The notes beneath the pieces were generated by a model. The model saw only the letters and a program-made list of their open reading frames with translations, had not been told where the DNA came from and searched no databases. This document shows positions 49,033-64,000 of a DNA stretch of 64,000 nucleotides, piece after piece. The number at the start of each line of letters is the position of its first letter. The first letter of the stretch is position 1. The position numbers were made by a program, and so were the translations under genes. The stretch is from assembly GCF_009914755.1 (NCBI RefSeq), contig NC_060939.1; one strand, written 5' to 3'. This stretch comes from the human T2T-CHM13v2.0 reference genome, Homo sapiens.

Positions 49033-50367
49033 TAATAACTTGCAACGCTCTGGTACACATCAGTGAAATATTATTGCAAGTTTAACAGCTTTACTGATTA
49101 GACTACTAGTTGGTCTGTAGGAAATAAATATTCCAGTTTAACTTTCAGACTTAGTGGAGCTACCCCTGCCCAGTTTCTCTGTAGTTGTAGCCTAATTCCA
49201 GTTACTAGGTGGTACCATCAAGTAGGTGGATTTATAACATGTACCATTCCTTTTTCTTAATTTTGTGTGGAGGACACTAAGGCAGAGAAAGGCTGGGCCT
49301 GTCCACAGTCACAAAACTAGTTAGGAGCAGAACTAGACCAGGCCCTCTCTTTGCTGATCCACACAGGTACTCCGTGTTTTTTCCCCTGAGGGGAATTTGG
49401 CTCGATTTACCATATCAGATGGTTCCTAATGAACAATGTTCAGGTTTTTTTTTTTTAATTGGGCTGATTTTTTAGTGAATGGAATGAATTCTGAGTGGAA
49501 TCCTATTCCTAGACAAGAACCATTGGGAAATTCACGGAATGATAAAGGCAGCATTCTAGAATAAGGCAGTACAAAAGATGGCTTAAAACGAATTTCCCTA
49601 CACTTTAACAAGAATTTAAACTTTCCATGTTAACCAGCCAACAGTTTAATACCTAATGGACTATGCATTTTTGAGGAGACTTTTTTTGGTATAATTAAAG
49701 ATAGCTGTGTTCATTTACAATTGAAATGCACCAAAGTCAACTGTCTCTCTATCGCCAACGTGATTGCATGCTATACATAGGGAACATCTATGTGTTGGGT
49801 GACTACCCATTAACACTTCAGATGTACCATGATTTGACCAAAAAAAAAAAAAATGGGGGTGGGGGAGGGACCTAAGGAAAGGCCTGCCAGGACTGGGGGA
49901 GTTTCTATAGCATTTCTACTTTGCTGGTATACTCAGTCAATTGTTGTCAGGGTTTATTCTTTTCTACCAAAATGAAGATTTTATTTTTTCATAACTGGAT
50001 GCCTCAGTATTCCCCTAAAAACCCTCTGCTCAGTTTTGTTTCATTGGCACTTCTGACTGTGAAAGAGGAAGGTAAGGACAGGGGCTGGGGAAGCAAAAGA
50101 AAGGACAAGTGACAAATCACTGCCGTTTATGTACATTCTTGGGAACCTTCCAATATCCTCCACCAATGTAAGAATTTCTTTGGTGCTTCCTAGTTATTGC
50201 TTGGCCTCAATGACATAGTTACTATGGACATTAGGGTGCAAGGAAGAAAAAGAACTACCATTAGTGTTTAGTTAAATTCCTGATTTTCTCCAGCCAGAAA
50301 ATTGATCTAATGGCTGCTAACTGCTAGTAAGGAGTTTCTGCACATCTGAAATGCCCATATACATTAA

Positions 50368-50753
<386 letters not shown>

Positions 50754-52019
50754 CAGTTTCTCATTTGATTCTCAGAAGAATGCATCAAGATGGAAAGATA
50801 GCTCTTTTTACCTATCTCCGTTTATGGCTGAGGAAACCAAGACTCATTTTCTAGTCCAAGGTTACTAGTAAGGCCAGAGTGTGAACCAAAATCTCTCTAC
50901 CGCAGAGCAGTATCATGAGTTGGAATGACTGCCTTGCTCCTGGATGACCTGTGGCCTTGGGCAAGCCCCCTTACTTCTCTGGTCCTCTGGTCCTCATCTA
51001 TAAAATGAGATCCTGGATTAGATCATTTCAGAGTCATCTTCAACTCTATCATCCTATTACCTGAGAACCATACCCTTGCTAGTCCACTCTGGCTTCTAGT
51101 GGACTAGAAGCCAGGAGACAGGCACTCACAGATGCACATAGTATAGGTTTACATCTTTGTGAGTAGAAACAAGTAGGCAAGGTTTTAAGTACTTAATAGT
51201 TCTCATAGCTCAAGTTTAAATTATTTGAGTAATTACTCATAAGCAATCAACTTTTTAAAAATACAAAAATTAAATTCTCACTTTCAAATCAGTTCTTGTT
51301 CATGTTTGGTAGTTGCTTTATTTGTTGTTAATGGGTTTGAGAGATTGTATCAGTGCTGATTTTCATTTAAATGGATGGCTATGAGATTTTTTAAAGCATG
51401 CCAAAAATCTGTTTGTACATCTCTCCAAGTTACTATATGATTCTTGAATTTGTAATGGTAAAATGTGCTCTTTATAAAAGTCATTATGTCTATTTTTAGA
51501 CATTTCAGTGTTTATGAAGACATCCTAAACAACTACCTTTTATCTCAGGTCAAAAAAAAAATCAGTGGTGATAAATTAAATGTAGCCATAATTCAATGGA
51601 ACTAGACACATTTTAGATTTTGTCATCTGTGTTAATCCACTGCCTGGATCTGATGATACTGATGTTCTCCAAATGGTCATACAAGACCTGTGATTAGTGA
51701 TACATCCTTTGCCATCACTTATTCACATTTAAATCTTTATTAAACACATATTGAACACAATACTGTGGCAGCATCTTGCCTGGAGTCTAGGGCATGCCCG
51801 CAGATGACTATAATACAGAGTTGGGTAGAGTACTTGCCAATAGAAACACGCAAACCTAGAGGAGACAGAACTCCATCCTGGCTGGAAATATGCTCAGAAT
51901 GTTAACATTAGGTTCTATTGCTGCATCTGCCATCCCCCTTCACATCTCAAAAACCCACCAGATCTTTACTACTCACTCGATAAAATGGGGAACTTGTGGC
52001 AGCAGTGGCATGCCAACTG

Positions 52020-52190
52020 TGTTAACGGGGTTTGAATCCTGCCTCTGCTGTTTACTAGCTGTGTGACTTTGAGCAAATCACTTGAGGCTCAATTTCCCCA
52101 TCTCCAAAATAGGGATAGTTAATTGATTCAGTGACATGTGGATCAAATGAGAGATCACATGTCAAAGGCTTTGATCTTGTGAACTTACCA
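52020..52190 (+). mobile_element. MIR
   Basis: gggtttgaatcctgcctctgc...tactagctgtgtgactttgagcaaatcactt. Confidence 0.8.
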
Positions 52191-52459
52191 TGATTGCTGC
52201 CTTGGAATCCTCTTCTGGGTGCCCTGAAAGGCTCACCAAGGACATCGTAACTCAAGTCACCCATTCAGTTCGTTTTCTTTTACATGTCTTCATTGGAATA
52301 ATTTATGGGAAAAAGAAAAGAGTGAAACAAGGAAGAAAGACAGTGACTAACCAGATGGGAAAGACAAACCTGCCAGGTGTTATCACTGGCCATTGTCAAA
52401 TGGAACATTGAGTTTCCTAGAACTGCATCCTCAGAAGTATGTTTTTTAAATGGATTTAA

Positions 52460-52770
52460 GGCCAGGTGCAGTGGCTCACACCTGTAATCTCAGCATTTTG
52501 GGAGGCCAAGGCAGGTGGATCGCTTGAGCTCAGGAGTTTGCAACCAGCCTGGGCAACATGACAGAACTCGGTCTCTACAAAAAATACAAAAATTAGCTGG
52601 GCATGGTGGCATGCACCTATAGTCCCAGCTGCTTGAGGGGCTAAGATGGGAGGATCGCTTGAGCTTGGGAGGTCAAGGCTGCAGGGAGCTGTGTTTGCAC
52701 CACTGCACTCCAGCCTGGGTGACAGAGTGAGACTCTGTCCCTGCTTCCACAAAAAAAAAAAAAAAAAAAA
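52460..52770 (+). mobile_element. Alu (J-type)
   Basis: Alu consensus, A tail. Confidence 0.95.
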
Positions 52771-52894
52771 GGATTTCAAATTATGGTAGAAAAGGCATAT
52801 CGCATAGATCTAAGGAACTTGGAATAGAACACCTAATCTGGAGGAAGGGCCCAATAGGGGAAATCATGTAAATCCTCTTCTCAGAGGAGCTCTG

Positions 52895-53080
52895 TTTTTT
52901 GCCTTTTAAAATTGTGGTAAAATATATATAACACAAAATTTACCATTTTAACCATTTTTAAGTGTACAGTTTAGTGGCATTAAGTACATTCACATTGTTG
53001 TACAACCATTACCACTATCAATTTCAGAACTTTTTATCATCCCAAGAAGAAACTCTGTACCCATTAAGCAATAAGTCCAA
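52895..53080 (-). mobile_element. L1MB-type 3' end fragment
   Basis: attgtggtaaaatatatataacacaaaatttaccattttaaccatttttaagtgtacagt. Confidence 0.85.
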
Positions 53081-53434
53081 AAGAGCTCTTGTTTTAAAGG
53101 GAAAGTTATTTCAGAGCTGAAAGGACCCTAGAGACTTCTAATCCAACCCCTCATTTGAATATGAGAAATTGAGACTCAGAAAGGTTGAGTTTTCTAAATC
53201 ACCTAGCAAATTACAAATTCAGGACTGAAATGCAGGTGTTCTCCCCAGTCTAGTTCTCTTTCTCCCATACTCAGGAGTTATACTCTCCGACAATTTGCAA
53301 ACTGGTGCATCTGATATTCCTTGAAACAATCACTTAGCATTTCTCCATATTTTTATGCTGCAGTGAGTAGATAATTTTTCACTAGAATTGGGGTAGTAGA
53401 TGCTAGTCTATAAAAATCCTTTCAACTCCCTTGA

Positions 53435-53784
<350 letters not shown>

Positions 53785-53819
53785 GACTTTATTTTTAAGA
53801 GGGTTTTCTCTGTAATAAT

Positions 53820-54365
53820 AACTATTACCATTTGTTGAGTATCAATGCTGTGTATTATACTAGGTATTTTACATTTGTGATCTTATTTTAAAAGCCTTAG
53901 AGCAACCCCAGCAAATGGGTAATTTTTATTCTTATCTAACAGGTGAAGAAATAGGCTCAGGGGGTCTAAGTTACTTGCCTACATTAATGGAGCCTTATAA
54001 GTGATAGAGCTGAATTCAAAGCCAGACCTGTTTCACTCCAAAGCCCCATCACTTTCCTGTGTGCCATGCTGCCCTCTTCTCTAGAGGGAGGAAAACAATC
54101 TTGGATTATTTTATTCTATCCTTAGGTAATGTCTTTCCCATGCCCATCTTCACCTGATAAAATCCCACCCATCCTTCAGAATTCACCTCAACCCCAACCT
54201 CTTTCATAATAATAGTACTAGCTAACATTCATTAAGTCTTTATTGTATCCAAGGCACTATTATAAGTGCTTTACATACATTATCTCATTTAATCCTTACA
54301 GCATCCTTATGAGGTAGATACTGTTATTACACTCATTTTACAGATGAGGAAACAGGCACAAGGAG
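53820..54365 (-). mobile_element. MIR remnants (two)
   Basis: ccatttgttgagt...ggtgaagaaataggctcag; ctcatttaatccttacagcatccttatgaggtagatactg...cattttacagatgaggaaacaggcaca. Confidence 0.8.
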
Positions 54366-55200
54366 AATGTGTATTTGCCTTTTCAGCATTCCCCACCAGC
54401 AGGCCTCTTGAGTACTCGGCAGATCCTTATGGCCCTTCTCTGCCCCATCTCAGTTATGTGTTAACTGTTATTTGTGTCCCCACCCCTCAAAAACAGAAAC
54501 ATGGTTGTGTTAGTTTTGGTGTATGCTGTTTTCTCTGCCCCCATTAGACTAGCTAGAATTATTTATTTAATTGAATGAGACAGTCACATGTATTGCTGAG
54601 CTGGGACTAACTAGTCAAAAATAAAACAAAAAGAGTTTTTCACTGAAAAATGAATTTGAGTCTTGCTGAAATTTTCAATTATTTTCTATTTGTGAATCCT
54701 TTCCAGAGTTGTTGCCTAGAACCATGATAATCATTATAAAAGTGCATATTATCTGAAGCAGATTTAGTGGTAGAATTTTGGAAGGAGGGTGTCGGGTCAA
54801 GTGCCTTTTTCCTACTCAAGCATTTAAAGAGTTGCCGTGGTAGGAATCTATAAAGTAAAGAATGTTATGAGGCTTTTTTCTTCATTTTTTGTATTGATTT
54901 TCCAGACACTTTAATGTTAAACCATGCCAGAAGTGTTGCAGAGATGACTTGCTATTACCCAAAGGCCGCCAGCCTCTTTTCCTTCTGACAGAAGGATAAT
55001 TCCACGTGGATCAAATAAATACAGATGTGTAGTAATTAGTTCTATTCCCAGTGAGCCTATTTCCAACACACTAAAGATGTGAGCGATTATGGAACCTCAC
55101 CCCAACAGCTTTTATCAATTTAAACTGCTAAACAACAGGATAGGTCATAACCCAGCCTGCTATTAATAATGTATTTATTATGTGCAACATTATAAATTAG

Positions 55201-55548
<348 letters not shown>

Positions 55549-55649
55549 TGAAGCTCTGTTCAAATATTTGAAACATCCTCTTGATCTTGGACAATTTCCA
55601 AGTCTTCTGGAGCCAGACCTACCCAATGAAGAATAGGTGGAATATTTGA

Positions 55650-55994
<345 letters not shown>

Positions 55995-56322
55995 TAGTCT
56001 TGCAGAAATTGCTGGAATTTCCAAACTATTTACTCATTTGGAATAAGCACTGTTAAAATGTATATATCATTTGGACTAATCTGCTATCAATATTTAATGC
56101 TTTAACATGGATTAATTCATCATCATATCAGCTTGCCAGTCATTAAATAGGATCCTAAGAAATAGGAGAGTCAGTTTTCGCTAAAAGCAGTGGGTTTGGA
56201 AAACTCCAGTGAGTGAGCCTCCCCACTGGGTCAGATTGCAGAGGGCCTGTGAACAGAGGGCTGCAGACTTCCTTCGCTCTTCAGGAAGCGATCGAAATGG
56301 AGGAGGGGAAAGATCTCAGAAG

Positions 56323-56384
56323 GGGGAAGTAAGACAGCTCCAGGAATAAAACTGGGGAAGTAAGACAGCTCCAGGAATAAAACT
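56323..56384 (+). repeat. Perfect 31-bp tandem duplication GGGGAAGTAAGACAGCTCCAGGAATAAAACT x2
   Basis: 56323-56353 is identical to 56354-56384. Confidence 0.97.
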
Positions 56385-59094
56385 GTCTATTTTCGTTTTG
56401 CCTTGGACCAAGTGTGTGGCTATGCATTCTTCCAGCAGATAGTCAGGGTCTAAAACATGGGGAGAAATGTATTAGCCACTAGAAATGTTTTCTCTTTGAG
56501 TTAGCCCTGGCAGGTGTTCTCCCATTTAACTGCCATCTGTTTTCATAATAGAGAAAATTAAAAGACAAATGGCTGTTAACATTTCCTAACCTCTGTTTCA
56601 GTACACCTCTTGACCATTACTCTGAGCCAATCACAAATTATCCCCCCTACCCACTTGTTGGGAAACCAGAGAACAGTGCACAGTGAGTCAGTTTGTGAGG
56701 GACAATATTTAGGGATCCCCTCCTACTCTCAGTTGCCTGATCATGATGCTCTGCACCTCACAGCCACTGAGCTCAAAAATCTAGCCTTTCAACAAATCAT
56801 ACTTTGCAGAGATTAGTTTGAAGATACTATTAGCTTATTAAATTGCCAGCAAGTATTTCACTCTTGTTAGAGTATTCTTGGGCAATGTTCATGGGCTTAT
56901 GAAGGAGGTTTCTCTTAACGGTATCACAACCTAGGACAGTCGCAGGCAATTTTAGTAGGAGTGGAATAGAGAGGCTCCTCCTGAGCTGTTATGTCACTTC
57001 CATTGTCATTAGCCACCACTGGAATTTGAAGATAACAAGGTAGATTGCTTGACTCTGCTTCACAGCAGAATATCTGGCTGTTATACTTATTACAAGCAAA
57101 ATAAAATTTTAAATTATATTATTACACACATGTACTATACATTAAACAACCTTCAAAGCTTTAACATGTATGTGCAATGTTTATATTGAGTCTTGCCTTC
57201 ATCTTCACTGAGGAAATCTCAGGCAATCTTTGCTATGAAATATTTCAGAACCGCATATGTTGATTGTAGTTAAAGATGCAGGCACATTTAATGCAGTAAA
57301 ATCTCCCTCTAGTGCTAGTATTCAGAAGTATGACTAAAAACCTCCTTAGAGACACATCAGATTTGAGAGATGTCATTTGACCTATGGTATGTGCAAATTG
57401 TATAACAATAAACCAATATTTCACTGAGTTCTACTCTACTTGTTTGGAAAACATACATCTGAGGTCATCAAGAATTAAAATACTCCACTGAGATTTTTCC
57501 AGATAGTGACTACCCTATCTATTCTATCTGAGCATGTCAGCATTTTGAATCTGCAGATGGGGATGAATCAATAACACTGACTTTTTACCGATGTGCATCA
57601 TAAACTTAAAGCTGGTGAAAGAAAGCTGCGATTATTTTAACTTAGGTTATTATTTCTGACTTTCAGTTGGACTTTAGCAGTATTTTTCTGCTCTTTACCA
57701 GGATAAAACAAATCACAGCTAAAAAAATTTATTACATCTTTTGAACAGATAGACTCAAACAGAAAAATGATAAACATTTGGAAATAGCATAAAGTCATTT
57801 TGTTTAGGATTAATTTGTTTAAATCTAGCATGAACACAGTGAGCATTTCCTGTTTTGATCCATAAAGTAACTGTGAAAGTTCTCTTTCTGGAACATGCTC
57901 CATGGGAAATATTGACAGCTTTGGTTAAATAATCAAAAATGGAGATGCTATTTTAAAGCACTGTTCAATTTTCACTTAAAGATAGCACATAATTCTTTCC
58001 AGTGGTGCAATCTTTACAATACTATTGATCCTTTTCATTACTGTAGGGGATCCATCAACAGATGCCCATTTATAGGATTCTCAGAAGCAACAAATAATAG
58101 GATTTGGAAGAAATAGATAATAATTCTGTTAGTAGTCGAAACCTGCAAATATATAATATATCTAAATATGTAATTTTTAAAAAATCTATGCCAGAACACC
58201 TTTCCTTACACTAGCAAAAGAATTTTATCTGATGTTAACAGGCCAAAGACCATTTCTACTTCTGCAAAGTGTGATCATAATACAGCAAAATATTATTAAA
58301 TATAAAATCTATATTCTCAACACATTAGAGAAATAAGGAAACAACTTTGGAAGGCATATTTAAAAAACCTTCCTAGGCTGTGTTCATCACCATATGGTTT
58401 GTAGACCAGAGTTCTGTCATTTAAACACCCAAATCATCAATAAACACTACTTGATAATTAGGGAGCTAAGACAATTTTAATTTTCACCCTCACTGAATAC
58501 CCCATAGTTGTATGAGGTTTCCAGAGAACCCAAGTATGGCCATTTTGCTGTCTCTTCCACACTGCCATGTAGTATAGTATCCCCAGGAAGATTTGCTGGA
58601 CAGATACAACCCAGAAGAACAGATCAGGCCTTTAATCAAAATAACTTTAATCTGGTAGCTCCAAACCTCAACAGAACTGTAAATCATGAGTCCTTTCACA
58701 CTCTTTAGTTAAAAAAAAAAAAAATTGTGGGCAAAGAGATCTGATCAAAAAAGAGGATAAGAGTGTCACAGAATCCTTCCGTACAGAAAACCATAGCCAA
58801 GAACAGCATGGGAAGGCTCTGGAGACAAAAAGCTTAGTGTTATTTTGTTGCTTTCTGGGAAGTATAGACTGGAAAGTCTGATAAGAAGACAAGACAGAAA
58901 AATCGTTTTGTGAGTTAATGAGGTATTTTTCTCCCAGGCTCTGCCAGGTGAGTATTACTTATAATTAAGTCATCTTGCTATAGACTTTTATCTGATTCAA
59001 ACTCACCCCAAATGGCTTATTGAGTGTAAGGAAAGTGGCTTCTCTTGCTCCTCTTCTGACTTCTTTCTCTACTTCACCCTTCTCCACCTCTCTG

Positions 59095-59345
59095 TGGGTT
59101 GGGATAGGCAGCACAGTAAAGAGGGAATGAGCATAGGTTTTGGAGTCAAAGCAACTTGAATGGAATTCCTACTCTGCTACTCAATGCTGTGTGATTGTGG
59201 GAAAGTTATTTAAATTAGCAGAACCTCAGTTTATTTACATATAAAAGAAAACTAGTAATTGTGTCCACCTCATAGATTAGGGTATTAAATGAGAAAATTC
59301 ATGCAAAGAACTGACATGAGCCAAGGCCTGTCTCCTACTGAGAGT
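59095..59345 (+). mobile_element. MIR
   Basis: aggcagcacagt...ttttggagtc...gctgtgtgattgtgggaaagttatttaa...cctcagttta. Confidence 0.75.
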
Positions 59346-60061
59346 TCAGTTATCTTAGAGACCATTATCATCATTATTATGATACTAGAGCTTGGAGTAC
59401 TGTTCTATCCCTTAAGCTCCCATGTGTTTGAGCCCAGTTCTTGAGGAAATGTTGTTTCAAATAAAATGTCAAGTAGGTGTGTATTCCAGGAAGTTTGCTT
59501 TCACAAATGTTTTATCTCCTTTATCTGTCTTGTTCTAAAATATATGTGTTTATATCACACATATACTAAACTTGGCCAATTGGCCAGCCAAACAAATGTA
59601 TTTCATGTACATTAATGAGGAAAAAATTAAATGTTTTATAGTTTATAGCAGTAAAAAGCTCAACAAAGCCCCAAACAGTTAAAGTTTTCAAGACTGTAAC
59701 TCTTTCTAGTCTTGAAACAATTAAAACATCATTTGAGGAATCAATAAGTAAATGCATAATTCTCTGAAAAAGAAAGAAAACAATATCAAGATTCAATTAC
59801 AGGCATTCAAGGATTCTTTCTTTTGCCTTCAGAAGCCAGCAAAATGATAATTTCAGAATTTCTCAAATAAGACTGTGCTTTTAAACATGTCTTTGGTCTC
59901 ATTGGTTAATGGTTTCTTCGCATCATATTTATATCACTTTAAACTTCTTTAATCTGTCTTAATAACTAGAAGATAACCAAATGAACAGACCATTAGAAGT
60001 AAAGACACATGAGAAGTACAGCAACTAAGTTGTTACGATAAAAAGGAATCCCAGGAAATGA

Positions 60062-60304
<243 letters not shown>

Positions 60305-60464
60305 TGACTTAAACCCGCAGGGTCTGTGAACAGTTAGGGGACGAAGCAAAAAGTTCAGCTAAGAGATGAAAGTACTTTCCTCTCTACTTAGCTCTGTCAC
60401 CTGCCAGCAGTGCCTTTCTTGGGACCTTTTTCCTTATATACACAATGAATGGGATTGACTGAGT

Positions 60465-60821
<357 letters not shown>

Positions 60822-62959
60822 TAAAAGTCCTTATTCACATCTTGAAATTGATTATGATAATTAGGAAGTAATTTTTTTTATCACATTCAGGTAACATTAC
60901 AAATCTTATAATTTGCCCTAAGTGGTTCTTGATCATGTGCTTCTAACAACTGTTGTTGTTAAGCTAGCTGTATTTTATTATGAGATAGAAATTCTATTAG
61001 TGAATTGTTGTCACCTGGAAGCTAATGTATAATAGCATTCTGTCAGCAGTCATGTGTTTTTGAAGACAATTCAAGGAAATTTATGTAAGTGCTGGTCCCT
61101 GTGAGATGCTGAGAAAATAGTACATTCCAGCCAGAAAATCTCCCAGCAAAAGCTGAGCTGTAGGTAAGAAGTCTTAGCATGAATGGACGTGTATAGATTT
61201 TTTCCATGCACATTTGTGAAGGGATGAATCGTACAACCTTTTAGTCCCTTCCAAATTTGCTTAATTAAAGTAATTTTATATGGTTTAATATATAAATTAA
61301 ACCTGCCATTCTAAAACTATCTTGCTTTTCATCCAGAAATCCCCAGTCTTGCCTGGCTTCTCTTAATCCCAAATATCTGTTTTGGCTGACCTGCTGGTTA
61401 AAGCATAACCGATTAGGAAAATCACAATGCAAATTCCCTTAACTGGTTCCTTCCCTACCAGCATACATAGCAGTGGGCTATGCAAAGTGATTTGCGTCTG
61501 CTTTGAGCATCCCGCTACGGAAGTATATGAATCAAGACACAAGTGATAGAGAGGGAGGGGCACACTTGAGGGAACCACATTATTCTTGGAAAGTGGAGTG
61601 ATGAATAAATCTATTGAACAGTCAGGAGAGAGAGTTCCCTTTGACAAATGTGACTGGTTTCCCCATGATCTATTCTGGGCTTCGTTTCTCCCCTCCATCA
61701 GTAAATGGACTAAATGCAGTACCTGTCATGGCCAGCTTTTTACATATTATTTAAAAGACACCAAAATAAATTACTCTTCTAGATAAAGATAAAAACAAAG
61801 AAAATGTATTTAATTTTGAGGCCCATAGAGATTTCCCTTATATTCTCTTTGAACTGGATTTTATTTCATATTGTATAGATTTTTTTTAAAGCAACACTGT
61901 TAAGATTAAACCATAAAAATATGGTTTTTTAATTTAAAACATTGAAGTGTTAATGTGCAAAGTATTTGTTGGCTTCAGTATTTCAAACCAATAATTTTTA
62001 AAGAATTCTCTTGACATTACACTATGATAAATTTGAAATGTTTGACTTTAAAAAATATTTAAAATACTGACATTTGGCTGAATTGTATTTAGAAGCCTCA
62101 TTGTGCATTATTTAAATTTCAGTTATTTTAAACCGTAGCATTTTTAATTGGCACCAAATACATTTGGCACTGTTGTTAATGTTATTAAATGCAAAGCTCT
62201 TGAATAATTAATAATCTAACTAAATCATTTTTTAAAACTTAACAAGGAAAATATAATTATTCAGAAATCTCCTTACAGTCTGAGGCCAGTGCTTAGCCAT
62301 GATCTGAAGCCAAAAATAAAAATAAAGTAGTTCTGAAAAGGTGCCTCTTTTTTTGTAGGAGCCTATTGACATTCTTTTGCCTTCAAAGTGAAATCATATT
62401 CGGAGTGGAGGTGAGCTGCAGTCTCTATTGAGTGTAGCTTTTGAGAATTTAGGATTAGAATTCTCCTTTGTTCCAGAAGACCATCGTAATGGTGCACATT
62501 TAGACATCAAAGCATTACTTTACGAGCACAGGCATGTTTTAATGTCCTATTACAGTTTGTAGACCTGTTTCTTTTGATAATGAAGATGTTGTGTCATCAA
62601 GCCTAGCCTGGCACATACAAAACATATGCTGGCAGGTTATTAAAAATTTCAGCTTCTTGATGAAAGACTATCCTGCAGGCTAAGAGTCCAGAGAAAGACT
62701 CCATTCTGGGAGAATTATTAGAAAGGAGAATATGACTGTAAGCACTAAATTATGTTAATACTTACAAATAGCATCACTTGCATAGCAGTTTATGATACGA
62801 TACCGTGATTTTTCTCATTGGTATGTTGTAGGCAACAGATTAAAAACAGTGCTGTTTATGGGAGCTTGAACTCTTGAGATTCTCTTGCATCTTATGCAGA
62901 TATTGGTTTTAGATGTAGACAAGATTCAGTGCAGACTCAAGTATCTAATATAAAGATCA

Positions 62960-63324
<365 letters not shown>

Positions 63325-64000
63325 TTAAAATAGTCCTGAAGTCAGCAGATGCTGAAAAGTTGTAGTCACGGTTAAAAAAAAATCAGTAGAGACATGTAGG
63401 TGATTTTTAGGAAAAGCAGAATGTTACATGATGGCCAAAATGAAAACAGAACACACTCTATCATTTTTTTCTTGGTGACTTGGTACCAAGCCTATTCTCT
63501 TCATCCTACCAGCTAACAAAACCTACTTCCCCCAACAAGTTCCAGTAAACTCATTCACTTAAGTACTCTGCTCGTTAAGTTTTAATGAATCCACACTCTT
63601 GCACACACTCCAAACTCCACGTTCCCCAGTCGGGGGTATTTATTTTCATTTAGGAGGAATAAAGGCTTAAACAAAGGAAGGCAAACATGTAGGGGAGAAA
63701 CATTCCTGGGTAAGCTCACCTAAGACAGTTTAGGGAGACCCAGGCAGACATTTACTGTGGTACCAGTCCTTGTGGCTTTTTTCCATTTTTTTCTTTAAGG
63801 GTGTCTTCCTTTCCTCAATTCCTGGGACATTGGCTTAGTGGCAGTGATGCTACTGGTGACACTGCTTTGCAAGAGATCTTTGTAGAACAATTTCTGTGTG
63901 TAAAGAACTAAGCCAGTTTACTTTCAAGTTTCTCTGCAGCCCTTCGTTGGGCCTCTGTTACCCTGGAGATTCTGGGATGTGGTCTTGGCATTACTATTTT

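Noticed and set aside
54709-54845. X-box half sites GTTGCCTAGAAC and GTTGCCGTGGTA
   Set aside because: The second half-sites match poorly; not distinguishable from chance.
56323-56384. 31-bp repeat as a CRISPR-like array
   Set aside because: Two abutting copies with no spacers, in a mammalian intron.

Overview
Primate (human-like) genomic DNA, AT-rich and repeat-dense, spanning the middle of the + strand gene IQCH (IQ motif containing H). Nine internal coding exons splice at GT-AG sites with consistent phases: 3999-4127, 17284-17360, 19810-19848, 32080-32631, 33336-33402, 44901-44984, 48797-48972, 55258-55530, 60098-60289 (1589 nt; probably exons 6-14, numbering from memory). No start or stop of the full-length protein is in the window. 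Introns carry about 27 Alus, nested old L1s, ERV1 and MaLR LTRs, hAT/Tigger DNA transposons, MIR and L2; repeat boundaries and subfamilies are approximate, assigned by eye. Best leads: (1) the region after the IQ motif reads like an ATP-grasp (PGM1-like amide ligase) fold, suggesting a calmodulin-gated ligase or pseudo-ligase; (2) a homeodomain-site-rich, repeat-free block next to exon 10, a candidate ultraconserved enhancer; (3) an RFX X-box next to an M-box; (4) a basic 39-nt microexon with a downstream TGCATG cluster; (5) a perfect 31-bp duplication doubling an intronic AATAAA; (6) an ancient Penelope-like hairpin and a template-switch palindrome.
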